From: Nitrososphaerales archaeon | GTDB taxonomy: Archaea; Thermoproteota; Nitrososphaeria; Nitrososphaerales; UBA213 | NCBI GenBank assembly: GCA_038868975.1 | Contig: JAWCSA010000001.1 | Span: 6,905 to 70,904 of the forward strand | Length of the DNA: 64,000 nucleotides | Direction of reading: 5' to 3' | Part shown: piece after piece, positions 55,601-64,000 of the stretch | Position numbering within the stretch: position 1 is the first letter of the stretch | Layout: each line of letters opens with the position of its first letter | Notes under the pieces: model-generated | What the model was told of the DNA's origin: nothing | What the model saw: the letters and a program-made list of their open reading frames with translations, nothing else | Databases searched by the model: none | Translations under genes and position numbers: made by a program

Positions 55601-57970
55601 GATCTGAACAGAAGGCCTGATGCGGTTGAGAGATACGATCTACCTTTGGCCGGATTCATATTTTTCGAGTTGGGCAAGAAGAGGGTAGATGATACATGTA
55701 CGGCAGCTGCTAACGCGTGTTTTCTGAGGCAGATAGATGCTACCCTGATGGAAACGGGACCAAACACAGGCATATTTCAAGCGCAGATCCAGATGCCTCC
55801 AACTATACGCCTTAAGGACGGTACCGTTGCTCCAACAAGGCAGGACGATCTTGAGATCAATTACATTGATGTTAGAGACAGATCATCGATAACGCAAGAA
55901 TTCGATGATATAACAAACATCAGAACGAGCCTTGGACAGGTTTTGCTTGACCGAGATGTTTACCCGCAGGGTCCTAGACTTCCGCCAAACCAGCCCTTAC
56001 TTGGTGCGATAATGTACATATCCATAGTGGAGGGTGCGGTGAATGTTGATCCGGAGGTAAGAGAGGCATTTGACCTGACTAGCACAGTCAATTTCAGCTC
56101 AGTTACCGGAGATCCGAATGACATACGCGATGTTTTTGAGATAAAGATATTCAATGGCGGAGGAAGTGACCCTATAATATACAGTGCGAATCCAGCATCA
56201 AGCATCCTTGCAGGGGGCAAGGCTTTCCCAATATTGGATAGAAATGGCAATGAGGTAACAAAAGCACTAGAAACAGGCCCTAATACCAGCACATTTGAAT
56301 TGGAGTTTATGGTCTACTGCCCAGACTCTACACCGTTGCAACCATTTTTGTCCAAGTCAGTATGCGTAGACACGATCTTTGATGATTTCACTGGCGCACT
56401 CGGGCTACCTCCTATATTGACATTCAAACCAAACTCGCCGATAATGGTTACCTTCAACGATCCTGCGGATGATTCCGGTGTGCCAAGAGATGTCAATGCA
56501 CATGCGGTTATACAGGGAGTTACTGCACAGATAGGAACAGATAAGATGGAGTATGATGTTGGCGACCCCATTACTTTCTTCATGATAGAGCCTGACTTTA
56601 ATTTCGACAGCAGGGCAGTTGAGCAGGTTGATTTCAACGTTGTCGGTGTCACGACAGACAAAACACCATTCGATGAAGTTCCGCTACAGATACTTTTGAA
56701 CGCATTGCATGCCTTTGGAAGTTTCTCCTCAACAGAGGCAGGGTTCCGTGAGAGCGATGTCAATTCTGGAATATTTGGGGCTATTGGCAAGCCAGGTCTC
56801 CTTGATACACTGGTTGCAAATAGGGGCAGTAAGATTGAACTTGTTTACAGGGATAACACACCATCTGGGGGAGGGAATCCTATAAGAATTGAACATAACA
56901 TATTGCTGAAAGCCAACATGCCTGAAATAATATTTGACAAAGAAGAGTACACACCGTTTGACGAGGTATTCATATCCATAATCTCTCCGGATTCTAATGT
57001 AGACCCGTTCAAGATAGATACAATCGCACCATTGATATCCACATCATCTGAGAGCGGCTTTAGGCTGAAGATGAACGAAATAGGCCCTGACGGCAGAATA
57101 TTTGAGAAGGATATTACTTTAACACCAGACAAATCAAAGTTTCCGGGAGATATTCTAGCAAAGAGGGAGGACGGTCTCACGGTGGAGTTCAGAATAGATT
57201 CGAAGACAGTGGTAGCTAAAAGTGTTTTCATAAACTATCATATAGGAAATATCATGTTTGACAGGGACCTTTTCCGTATAAATGATAGAGGTATTGTGAG
57301 GGTCATAGACCCTGACGAAAACAAGAATCCATTTGCTATTGATACTGTAAGCGTTAGACTGTGGTCCACGACTGACCGTGGAGGAATGTTTATGATATTA
57401 AGGGAAACGGGTGACAGAACCGGAATATTTGAAGAATTCATTACATTTACAACAGATGAAGAGAGTAGCGGTAGCAGATTAAGAGTTTCTAACGGGGATA
57501 CAATAACAGCTAAATATACAGATAGAACATTGCCGCCTCCAGCAGCGCTTGATGCTGACGGAGTGTTTACTGTAGAAGTGGAGGAGTTGTTTGCATCCGC
57601 GTTGTTTGGATCAAGGGGTCCTCCGATAGAAAGGGTTGCAGTCACAGATCCATTACTTGTGGATCAGAAAGGTCAACCGTTAGAAGAGGCAAAAATTCAT
57701 GATAATATATTAATAAAATCTCAAATAGCAAATGATAGAAACATAGGCCAAAAATTTGCTTACATAGTGCAGGTGAAAGATTCTGATGGTATAACAATAT
57801 CACTATCATGGATAAGCGGTGTGTTATATGCAGGAGATTCTATAGCGGCAGCACAAGCATGGATTCCAACGAACAAGGGAAAGCATTACATAGAGGTGTT
57901 TGTATGGGAGAGTTTGGATAACCCAGTAGCACTTTCACCCGTTAGATCTACATACATAATGGTCTCATAA
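52634..57970 (+). CDS. Giant secreted protein (about 1779 aa from the preferred start) with DxDxDG-type motifs; termini paralogous to 21127-22581
   Basis: The ATG at 52634 is preceded by GGAGGAG. N-terminal signal/TM (LAIAMMIMITIT). Shared N-terminal blocks (FFGPQIVQVVID, DFMWNINPVEED) and a shared C-terminal ~100 aa. The central ~1200 aa are unique and include DTDGDGIRT and DWDGDGST. Confidence 0.75.
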   Translation: MSYLYTFLAIAMMIMITITNSFTNASWFLSVEAQGLQLRVSAAERPQFQNHFFGPQIVQVVIDDPGATDPDESTVGLQVKGTTVPRVHLQDGLWYHYFAEENTFGIFMDVMTDGIRDNRISVISAGPADANHPSPITIGTTSYTIVFGTGTATGNTFVREITRIGGTGPVFVEVAQDLIFPTLPRPFQAANALNDNVVLGDGGNDIAVGAGACIVQSDQVFATCDWPFIRLTGINELDIVGIRAGSASVNLTYDDFNESISSRIDRSAAYPIDAEVIVSYSDFMWNINPVEEDVVSFVLDKTNGNPTSVIYRFTRSYTPAFATDLLPILFRPNLNFDTRQILEVDVEGLNSLRFYEQFDSATGSIIPVIGGMRVSENARPVFAPEFAPLNKFPVITMIESDPNTSFFESLDEQEGSRSTIFTGLNDRVANFDYFDIINSASMTSHDGFTTVDKEFYDSADRAVFTVTDADLNLRSRVSEQPPARESRTFVKVGNPFPLSNNPALAKLFPTSDPNRHTLKNLFPITGFTFDTDSIEVAAFFLVNDITADVTANPNIRGIINFAGGDTAATRNGIASAINDFFINTDDIVSASPSDSELIALQFNNPDMVPAGVFDKASGILINTSIRLQDLYSFERFSLTRGQILRDATAPSGSTPGSIQAFDIDPFLSAVSIYRTTGVAPATVTDLTSLAGNPMVDVFFPRYNLMQVDLAGFNIGMEDVSGDRLNSVALQVEAFRDLDQNGKLSTLAELATSRRTMVDFNPFQASDTDGDGIRTITNLASTRIGVGSFRVVDLMNFDWDGDGSTIFEGDVDDLRTTSDGPILLRVSVVFADNNVPAEPVEVLERGSQIAVIDFGGIGSVVTQDPDGLGKIDQIRLNAFENMVYRIQVKEQGSNSNVFTGRMDFMTANQFDTAQRVLGDIVLQGDPARAWLANRFIPPNRLAFSYSDIDIVRSFRAVSVTFIYETSDGKVSWDSKTYKFGSRAIITLEDQDLNRRPDAVERYDLPLAGFIFFELGKKRVDDTCTAAANACFLRQIDATLMETGPNTGIFQAQIQMPPTIRLKDGTVAPTRQDDLEINYIDVRDRSSITQEFDDITNIRTSLGQVLLDRDVYPQGPRLPPNQPLLGAIMYISIVEGAVNVDPEVREAFDLTSTVNFSSVTGDPNDIRDVFEIKIFNGGGSDPIIYSANPASSILAGGKAFPILDRNGNEVTKALETGPNTSTFELEFMVYCPDSTPLQPFLSKSVCVDTIFDDFTGALGLPPILTFKPNSPIMVTFNDPADDSGVPRDVNAHAVIQGVTAQIGTDKMEYDVGDPITFFMIEPDFNFDSRAVEQVDFNVVGVTTDKTPFDEVPLQILLNALHAFGSFSSTEAGFRESDVNSGIFGAIGKPGLLDTLVANRGSKIELVYRDNTPSGGGNPIRIEHNILLKANMPEIIFDKEEYTPFDEVFISIISPDSNVDPFKIDTIAPLISTSSESGFRLKMNEIGPDGRIFEKDITLTPDKSKFPGDILAKREDGLTVEFRIDSKTVVAKSVFINYHIGNIMFDRDLFRINDRGIVRVIDPDENKNPFAIDTVSVRLWSTTDRGGMFMILRETGDRTGIFEEFITFTTDEESSGSRLRVSNGDTITAKYTDRTLPPPAALDADGVFTVEVEELFASALFGSRGPPIERVAVTDPLLVDQKGQPLEEAKIHDNILIKSQIANDRNIGQKFAYIVQVKDSDGITISLSWISGVLYAGDSIAAAQAWIPTNKGKHYIEVFVWESLDNPVALSPVRSTYIMVS

Positions 57971-58057
57971 TCTATGAGAATGCATATGAATCAAAAAGAG
58001 TAATATTTCTTTATGACAAATATTTCTATTATATATTATTAATTCAGATACTATCTT

Positions 58058-58942
58058 ATGATGGACGCTGAGGTCTTTGAAACCAATGGTTTGAACCTCT
58101 GTTATAGATATTGGCCAGCTGAAGGGAGGCAGGAACGCCCAATATTATGCATACATGGTCTTGCTGGCGATTCTAGAATCTTTAATTATTTTGCTAAGAA
58201 ATCTGCTGCCTTGGGCCATCATGTATACGCTCTGGACCTTCCGGGGTATGGAATGTCTGACGGTGATAGAGGCGATGTTTCATTCGATCTTACGATCAAA
58301 TGTCTGCATGACGTAGTTTCACAAATATGCAAGAAGCATGAGAATAGGAAGATATTTCTTTTAGGATTCAGCCTTGGAGCATTGCACGCGTTGTGGTATG
58401 CGAGTATGTACAAGGATTTGCTTAACGGCGTAATTGCATTGAGTCCCCATCTTAGAATTAAGCGTGTGAAACGGGATCCGAGAAGCGAGCCATCTAAAAA
58501 AATATTACTTGTTGCTCTCCTTAGGTATTTGGTTACCCCTAGCGAAAAAACAAACCTCAGCAAAGCTGTTCCTACGGCATTCGGTAAACTTGCTGGCGAT
58601 GAGTGGAACTACATGATGAAGGATCCCTTGTGCAATTTTAATTATAGTTATCGCTATATCTTTAACACCCTTATTGGTAGAGCTGAAAAGATTGAACCGT
58701 TATACAAGTTACAGGTTCCTCTTTTAGTTATGCATGGGAAGAATGACTTCAATGTGGTGGTAGAACAATCAAAGACATTAGTAAATAGACTTGATCATAC
58801 GGATAAGGAGCTGAGGATCTTTGAATGTGACCATTGGTTCTATCATACATTTTTTTATACACAATACCGATATTCTGAGAATGAAAGGTCAAGTATTATT
58901 AAAACTATAACTGAGTGGATCGAAAGAAAAAGTGCGGGTTGA
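58058..58942 (+). CDS. Alpha/beta hydrolase (lysophospholipase/monoglyceride lipase-like)
   Basis: HGLAGDS oxyanion region, nucleophile elbow GFSLGA, and late MHGKND and CDHW residues. Confidence 0.75.
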   Translation: MMDAEVFETNGLNLCYRYWPAEGRQERPILCIHGLAGDSRIFNYFAKKSAALGHHVYALDLPGYGMSDGDRGDVSFDLTIKCLHDVVSQICKKHENRKIFLLGFSLGALHALWYASMYKDLLNGVIALSPHLRIKRVKRDPRSEPSKKILLVALLRYLVTPSEKTNLSKAVPTAFGKLAGDEWNYMMKDPLCNFNYSYRYIFNTLIGRAEKIEPLYKLQVPLLVMHGKNDFNVVVEQSKTLVNRLDHTDKELRIFECDHWFYHTFFYTQYRYSENERSSIIKTITEWIERKSAG

Positions 58943-59007
58943 GATGGTAAAATGTTTCTTCGGTTAAACATATCGATAACTTTATTTTCTAAAGTTTTAA
59001 TAAGAAG

Positions 59008-59811
59008 ATGAAAATGAAGTATGCCTTAGGGAATACTAATAGGGAAGTAGAAAGACTTGATATTCAAGCGTCAATTTTCGAAAAAGAAACTACTCGGACA
59101 TTAAGGTATGCTGGGATTAAATTTGGTATGCAATGCCTTGACCTTGGTTGTGGTACTGGTAATACTACTTTATTGCTAGCTGATCTGGTAGGTAAAAGTG
59201 GTAAGGTTTTTGGCCTCGACATAAACGAGAACAGCATAAATATATGCAAAAGAAAGGCTGCAAAGAAGAGGTTCAAAAATGTTAAATTTGTAACAGGAGA
59301 TGTTTACAATACCAAATTTGAGAATTCAATGTTCGATTGTGTATTCTCTAGGTTTCTGTTTCAACATCTAAGAGATCCTCAGAGAGCCTTAGAGGAAATG
59401 ATCAGAGTAACTCGTAGAGGTGGAATCATAGCAGTAGAAGAATTGGATCACGGTTCATGGCTATCTTATCCTTATGACCATAACTTAGAAAAACTTCGAC
59501 GAAGTTATGTAAAGATATTAAAGCATAACGGATCCGATCCATATATTGCCAGAAAACTTTACAAATTTTTTCTAGAAAAGAATTTGAAACCGAAGGTTGA
59601 AGCATATTCCGTATGTGTTCCAATGAGCAATAAAGCTTACAATATGGTTGGCGTATTCATGGCAGAAGTCCTTGAAGAAAAAATTATTCAAAATGGAATT
59701 ATGTCTAAGGTAGAATTTAAGACAATGCTTGAAGGGTTAAGGCAATATACTAGAATACCCTATGGTATGGTTCTTTACGCCCTCTCATTCAGGCTTTGGG
59801 GCAACAAATAG
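59008..59811 (+). CDS. Class I SAM-dependent methyltransferase
   Basis: Motif I CLDLGCGTGN and post-I FGLDIN. Confidence 0.75.
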   Translation: MKMKYALGNTNREVERLDIQASIFEKETTRTLRYAGIKFGMQCLDLGCGTGNTTLLLADLVGKSGKVFGLDINENSINICKRKAAKKRFKNVKFVTGDVYNTKFENSMFDCVFSRFLFQHLRDPQRALEEMIRVTRRGGIIAVEELDHGSWLSYPYDHNLEKLRRSYVKILKHNGSDPYIARKLYKFFLEKNLKPKVEAYSVCVPMSNKAYNMVGVFMAEVLEEKIIQNGIMSKVEFKTMLEGLRQYTRIPYGMVLYALSFRLWGNK

Positions 59812-60012
59812 CAACTATACATATTCTATGGTCAGTTGTAATGTCTCATCGCAGTTTAATGTTTCTGACAATATGGTAAATATTCATTAATTTTACTAAA
59901 AATAGGAAATACTTTATTAGTCACGAGGAGAAAATCTAATGAATGGAGAAGTTAATATAGATTTCTCCAAATAAGGGAACTCAAATGGGGCTATTGGTAC
60001 AAAACAGGAGGG

Positions 60013-60927
60013 GTGTATCTGATCAGGAATATCTATTATGAATCTAGAGATAATACTAATTTTAGTATTCTAATTCGATACTTTAGAGTTCTGCTCTATT
60101 ATGCGAAAGCACGTTCAAATGTTTACATATTTGCATTTGCAACAATGGTATCACTGATACTTGGTTCGCACGGATCCTTGGATCCATTTGTCGCACTGCG
60201 TGCGGTGCTAGCTAGCTACTTTTTGGCACTTGCAACTTATACCTACAATGATATTACTGATTTTGATGTGGATAGGATAAATAGGTCAAATCGACCGATC
60301 GCTGCTGGCAAATCTACAAAGAATGAACTAGTCATCGTAGTGTCCTTTCTATACGGTTCTGCGTTGATACTGGCACTTTCCATAAACTTGAACACCGCTT
60401 TAGTTGCGTCAATTTTCACGGCACTAGGTATTGCATATTCACATCCTTCAGTAAATCTAAAAGACAAGTTTCCATTGAAAACAATGGTAACATCTATAGG
60501 AGCTGCATTGTCATCGATTATAGGAGGAATTGCTGTTTCAAATATTTCTATACCTGTAATATATGCTGCACTGCTGTTCTTTGCATTCTTTTTCATTTTG
60601 GGGCCTCTAGGGGATATTGCAGATTTAAGAGGAGATAGAGCTGTTGGTAGACGTACTTTTCCTATAGTAATTGGAATCAAACAAACCATTATGTTAATGA
60701 TGTCAGTACCAATTGCAATAGCAGTAATGACTATATCGGCACATGATATAATAGGCATGCATGCACTTGGGGCCTACGTTACTGTTGGTGTATGTTTTGG
60801 TACGATGGCGTTGCTTTATTATGTAAGCAAAAAAGCAGAAGATACTGCTAGGGTTATATCTATCAGACCTAAGATGAGATTCTTTTTTGTTTTGCTGCAG
60901 CTGTCACTGCTGTTAGGATTCCTGTAA
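60013..60927 (+). CDS. UbiA-family prenyltransferase
   Basis: Asp-rich motif YNDITDFDVDRINRSNRPIAAG, a second motif DIADLRGD and a polytopic profile. GTG start is uncertain. Confidence 0.75.
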   Translation: MYLIRNIYYESRDNTNFSILIRYFRVLLYYAKARSNVYIFAFATMVSLILGSHGSLDPFVALRAVLASYFLALATYTYNDITDFDVDRINRSNRPIAAGKSTKNELVIVVSFLYGSALILALSINLNTALVASIFTALGIAYSHPSVNLKDKFPLKTMVTSIGAALSSIIGGIAVSNISIPVIYAALLFFAFFFILGPLGDIADLRGDRAVGRRTFPIVIGIKQTIMLMMSVPIAIAVMTISAHDIIGMHALGAYVTVGVCFGTMALLYYVSKKAEDTARVISIRPKMRFFFVLLQLSLLLGFL

Positions 60928-61944
60928 CTTTTGCGACTGTTCGGCGAATTTGGTACCCACTATTCGGGCAACGTTACTGTCTACACTGCTTTCTAGAACC
61001 TTCGCAATATCGTCTGACGCATTACTCCATAGCTTTTGATAAAAGTTCGACATTAAACTGCAAGTATTTTCATTCTTTATGAAGATAACGCTATTGAAGC
61101 TACGCGGGTTATTCCAATCTATCAATTCTACACCTACTTCTTGCCCATCAAACATTATCATAGAGAAGGGGATTTTCGTTAATCTCCTACTAACGCTACC
61201 TGGATACCATGGATTTGTTGCCACAGTCATACGTTCATCTCTATGTTTATCTATCATCATTAGACGCCGGTTCTCCATCTCTACATATTGTTTCACCAAA
61301 CTTACATCAGCTAATACTTTGACGTTAACGCCAGATTTCGCCTTACGAAGAATGTTGTTTATTATTATTTCATTCATAAACCTGGTGGCGAGTAAGATTT
61401 CGTTTTTACAGAATTCAGCTCGTTCGACAATTGCGGAAACCATATCTTCATAGGTCCAAATTATTTCAATCTTTGTTGACGTATTAATGGCAAGACTCGA
61501 TCCTGTTAACTTGCTAACAAAATTAGCAATCTCGTCCTCAGAGAACTGTTTCGTCTGTTTTAACGTATCAACCATCTTCAGCTGCTTTGCATTCCTTACC
61601 TGTTCCAACAACCCTATCAGGTGTTGTGTATGTACAAAAGTTCCCAATGTAGTATGGATATACATATCTCCAGACTTGTCAATAAGGCCTACATCTACCA
61701 GCTGCTTTAGCCTAGTATAATATTGCTTTCTTGTAAGCCCTATCTTTTGCGGAGTATCGGTTTCAGCCTTCAAACCATCTTTGGCAAGCAGGAAAATTGA
61801 GAGCGCATCTTTCTTTGATAGTATAGACAGCAAATTAACGGTTTTATTCACTAATTCATGGTCTAATACCTGTTCCATTGACCTTTCCACGACATCCGTT
61901 ATCTTAACATGTTTATAAGATTTTGTCTTTTCTGTGATCAACAT
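60913..61944 (-). CDS. wHTH transcriptional regulator with TrmB-like C-terminal domain
   Basis: N-terminal wHTH (KIGLTRKQYYTRLKQLVDVGLI). The C-terminal region resembles that of 50758-51648 (EILLATRFMNE...GVNVKVLAD versus EVIVLGYERDY...GVTVKLLTT). Confidence 0.6.
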   Translation of the reverse strand: MLITEKTKSYKHVKITDVVERSMEQVLDHELVNKTVNLLSILSKKDALSIFLLAKDGLKAETDTPQKIGLTRKQYYTRLKQLVDVGLIDKSGDMYIHTTLGTFVHTQHLIGLLEQVRNAKQLKMVDTLKQTKQFSEDEIANFVSKLTGSSLAINTSTKIEIIWTYEDMVSAIVERAEFCKNEILLATRFMNEIIINNILRKAKSGVNVKVLADVSLVKQYVEMENRRLMMIDKHRDERMTVATNPWYPGSVSRRLTKIPFSMIMFDGQEVGVELIDWNNPRSFNSVIFIKNENTCSLMSNFYQKLWSNASDDIAKVLESSVDSNVARIVGTKFAEQSQKLQES

Positions 61945-61948
61945 TTCT

Positions 61949-61994
61949 TGTTTACAATTTGTTTACAATTATTTTTAAGATCAAGTTGATCTTA
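61949..61994. promoter_or_regulatory. Candidate operator/promoter of the regulator 60913-61944
   Basis: Tandem 11-bp repeat TGTTTACAATT x2 (61949-61970) lies 5 bp upstream of the start codon, next to an A/T-rich TATA-like stretch and a 9-bp-arm inverted repeat TAAGATCAA-G-TTGATCTTA (61976-61994). Confidence 0.3.
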
Positions 61995-62162
61995 GATCTA
62001 TATTTCAAAACAGTGTTTAATGCTTTATGCAAAACCTCTGTAGTTCGTGATCAATTAAATCCGTAATTCTTGTAGATATTGTTGATTATATAACAAAAGA
62101 TATGTAATATATCCTATCGAACAGGTTATGCTTTTATTATCACATTCTGCAGAGTTAGCAGA

Positions 62163-62780
62163 TTGGACGCATTAAGCAAGATAATGCTTTCATCGATCTA
62201 TGCACATACACTTGACGGTAGGGATGTGTTCACTAGCGTTAGGGAGCGAACAGAAGCAAGCAATGATGTATTGGGTAAGCGATTAACTGAACTTGCTTCT
62301 TTGGGCATGGTAGAGGAAGATACAATGTGCCTTACTGATATTGGTAGAGACGCATTGAAAGTTGTATTTGCTGGAGGTGTTTTTGATATTATACACCCTG
62401 GGCATATTCACACGTTGAGATCAGCAAAAGCACTGGGAGATATCTTAGTGGTAGTAATTGCAAGAAATACTACTGCACAGAAGAGCAAGGGCACTCCTCC
62501 TATACATGATGAAAAGTTGCGGCAGGAACTTGTTGCCTCGCTCAGATTCGTTGATATAGCAATACTTGGGCATGAGGAAGATATATTCAAAACTGTGGAA
62601 CTTGTTAAACCAAACGTCATTGCCCTAGGATACGATCAGGTGCATCAGGAGAAACATATAACTGAGGAATGTAAGAAGCGTGGTCTTAACATACAGGTAG
62701 TTAGGTTACAATCACCCGTACCGGATCTTAAGAGCTCATCAATCAAGAAAGATCTCGGGCAGTCTCTTTACAAGATCTGA
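62163..62780 (+). CDS. ribL: Archaeal FAD synthetase (RibL-type cytidylyltransferase fold) with ~65-aa N-terminal wHTH-like extension
   Basis: Nucleotidyltransferase motif GGVFDIIHPGHIHTL, plus an N-terminal segment with an HTH-like pattern (VLGKRLTELASLGMVEE). Confidence 0.75.
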   Translation: MDALSKIMLSSIYAHTLDGRDVFTSVRERTEASNDVLGKRLTELASLGMVEEDTMCLTDIGRDALKVVFAGGVFDIIHPGHIHTLRSAKALGDILVVVIARNTTAQKSKGTPPIHDEKLRQELVASLRFVDIAILGHEEDIFKTVELVKPNVIALGYDQVHQEKHITEECKKRGLNIQVVRLQSPVPDLKSSSIKKDLGQSLYKI

Positions 62781-62804
62781 CTAGATGCCATGTATTAAAT
62801 GGGT

Positions 62805-63506
62805 TTAATTCTTATTGATTTCTTCCTTAGGAATCTTCACTGTTACCTTGACCTTATCGCCATCATCAATATTTACAGCGTCTTTTATCTTGGAAGGAGC
62901 AATAACCTCAATAACGCTATCATCATGATGTGTTCGTTCAAGTATTAGCACTGCGCCATCTACCTTATTGTTAACAGTTGCCGGATAGCACTTGACCCAT
63001 CCATAGGTTCTATTGCCGTCACTGAAACCATCTATAAAGATGGCAGGATATTTGTCTAGCTCTTTCTTTGCTTCAACGTATACACGTTCCGAAAGTTTAA
63101 TGTTCAAAGTTCCAGGATACGGTTCAAAACCAAGCTTTTCAATGAACTGCTTCTTATACCCTGCCTGCGTCATGTAGTATGCACCCTCACCCATCCCAGA
63201 TATGGCTACTCCGTTGAACTCGAGATGATCTGGAGCCGAGTCAAGTGCGGATTTCAATGATAGAAATAGTTTTGACATTTGCTCATATCCCTTCTCTGTC
63301 ACCTTGACACGGAACCCTTGCCCCTTCCTTACCCTGTGAACATAGCCATCGCTTTCAAGGTCAAGAAGGTGTTTTGATGCTGCCTGCTGGGATCGGTCGA
63401 TGGTTTTTCCAAGCTCCTTGGTCGTTATCTCTATGTAGTTGTACCTTGCTCCTCTCAGCAGCAACTCAGCAAGCGTAAGTATGTGCTGGAGTTTCATCTG
63501 GGGCAT
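62805..63506 (-). CDS. ribK: wHTH + CTP-dependent riboflavin kinase fusion (RbkR-type)
   Basis: N-terminal wHTH (ITTKELGKTIDRSQQAASKHLLDLESDGYV) and a C-terminal archaeal riboflavin kinase domain (EPYPGTLNIKL). Confidence 0.8.
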   Translation of the reverse strand: MPQMKLQHILTLAELLLRGARYNYIEITTKELGKTIDRSQQAASKHLLDLESDGYVHRVRKGQGFRVKVTEKGYEQMSKLFLSLKSALDSAPDHLEFNGVAISGMGEGAYYMTQAGYKKQFIEKLGFEPYPGTLNIKLSERVYVEAKKELDKYPAIFIDGFSDGNRTYGWVKCYPATVNNKVDGAVLILERTHHDDSVIEVIAPSKIKDAVNIDDGDKVKVTVKIPKEEINKN

Positions 63507-63515
63507 AGTCTATTA

Positions 63516-64000
63516 TCAGTTAACACCAAGCTCGTTAAATGTTCTCAGCGTAATATCATGTGATTTCTTCGTCTCTGTTATCCTATGCCCGACAACATAT
63601 TGAATTCCAGCCTTGGAAGCCGCATCTACCAACCTCTGCGTTATTATTCCATCGAGCACAAGATATTTTGCACCATCTCCGTCCTGGAGTTTCTGCACAA
63701 GTTCGCTAACCGGCACCCTGAATACCTGATTTAATGAGCTGTCCAGTGCAACCGCCTCTAGAGTTTCATTTATTTCAGAGAAAATTTCTCTAACCTTGCC
63801 TGTGATGTTATCACTTTGCCCTTCAACTTTAATGGCACCTCTACTCACTTCTATCTTAACAACATCTTTCAGTATGTCAACGATCTCTTGAGGAGTAAGC
63901 TCTTCAACTTCCCTACCTGGCGGAGCTCTTAACACAGTGTCTATCTTTACTGCACCTTCTAGTTCCTTAAGTATAAGGTCGCCTGCTCTGTCACCATCCA
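63516..64000 (-). CDS. dnaG: Archaeal DnaG primase, C-terminal part (5' end outside the window)
   Basis: The frame stays open to the window edge, reading DGDRAGDLILKELEGAVKIDTVLRAPPGREVEELT. This is the Toprim DGDxxG motif and the conserved ARAPPGKEVEEL-like block of archaeal DnaG. Confidence 0.85.
   Translation of the reverse strand, partial: DGDRAGDLILKELEGAVKIDTVLRAPPGREVEELTPQEIVDILKDVVKIEVSRGAIKVEGQSDNITGKVREIFSEINETLEAVALDSSLNQVFRVPVSELVQKLQDGDGAKYLVLDGIITQRLVDAASKAGIQYVVGHRITETKKSHDITLRTFNELGVN

Noticed and set aside
1-64000. CRISPR arrays, rRNA and tRNA genes
   Set aside because: I saw no regularly spaced short direct repeats, no rRNA-like conserved blocks and no convincing cloverleaf candidates in the intergenic regions. 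A tRNAscan/cmsearch run could still reveal something missed by eye.

Overview
This is a 64-kb chromosomal segment from an AT-rich archaeon. The gene content fits Nitrososphaerota/Thaumarchaeota, though that lineage call is inference from content only. Supporting genes are Alba, Spt4 + Rpo7/E', aEF-1beta, DnaG primase, CDC48, a membrane-anchored tandem cupredoxin, heme O synthase, 3-hydroxyacyl-CoA dehydrogenase, membrane H+-PPase and archaeal flavin and CoA enzymes. Roughly 1-33 kb and 58-64 kb are densely packed housekeeping genes: a nadX-nadA-nadC cluster, Mrp/ApbC, dephospho-CoA kinase, a prepilin peptidase, a JAMM protease, geranylgeranyl reductase, Pth2, a YprA/MrfA-type helicase, UbiE, MFS, TatA, GDH and RibL/RbkR. 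The accessory part (33-58 kb) holds several things. There is an uncharacterised small-gene cluster. There is a mobile-element junction with an IS66-like transposase remnant, a J-domain/HExxH fusion gene, a duplicated gene 5' fragment and a MITE. There is an archaeal type IV pilus-like locus with three proteins carrying class III signal peptides, a FlaI/TadA ATPase and a FlaJ/TadC platform, interrupted by an AAA_5 (MoxR/CbbQ-type) ATPase + VWA pair. TrmB-like regulators, a KaiC-like ATPase and a 1779-aa secreted protein follow; the termini of that protein are paralogous to a 484-aa protein at 21-22.6 kb. Two near-identical ~365-bp MITE copies with target-site duplications lie at 934-1296 and 37922-38287. 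Two RNA genes missing from the ORF track are proposed: a ~235-nt structured RNA with an SRP S-domain-like fold (5123-5357) and a C/D box sRNA (10831-10889). I recognised no rRNA, tRNA or CRISPR array. All calls rest on reading the translations and the DNA by eye; no database search was run.
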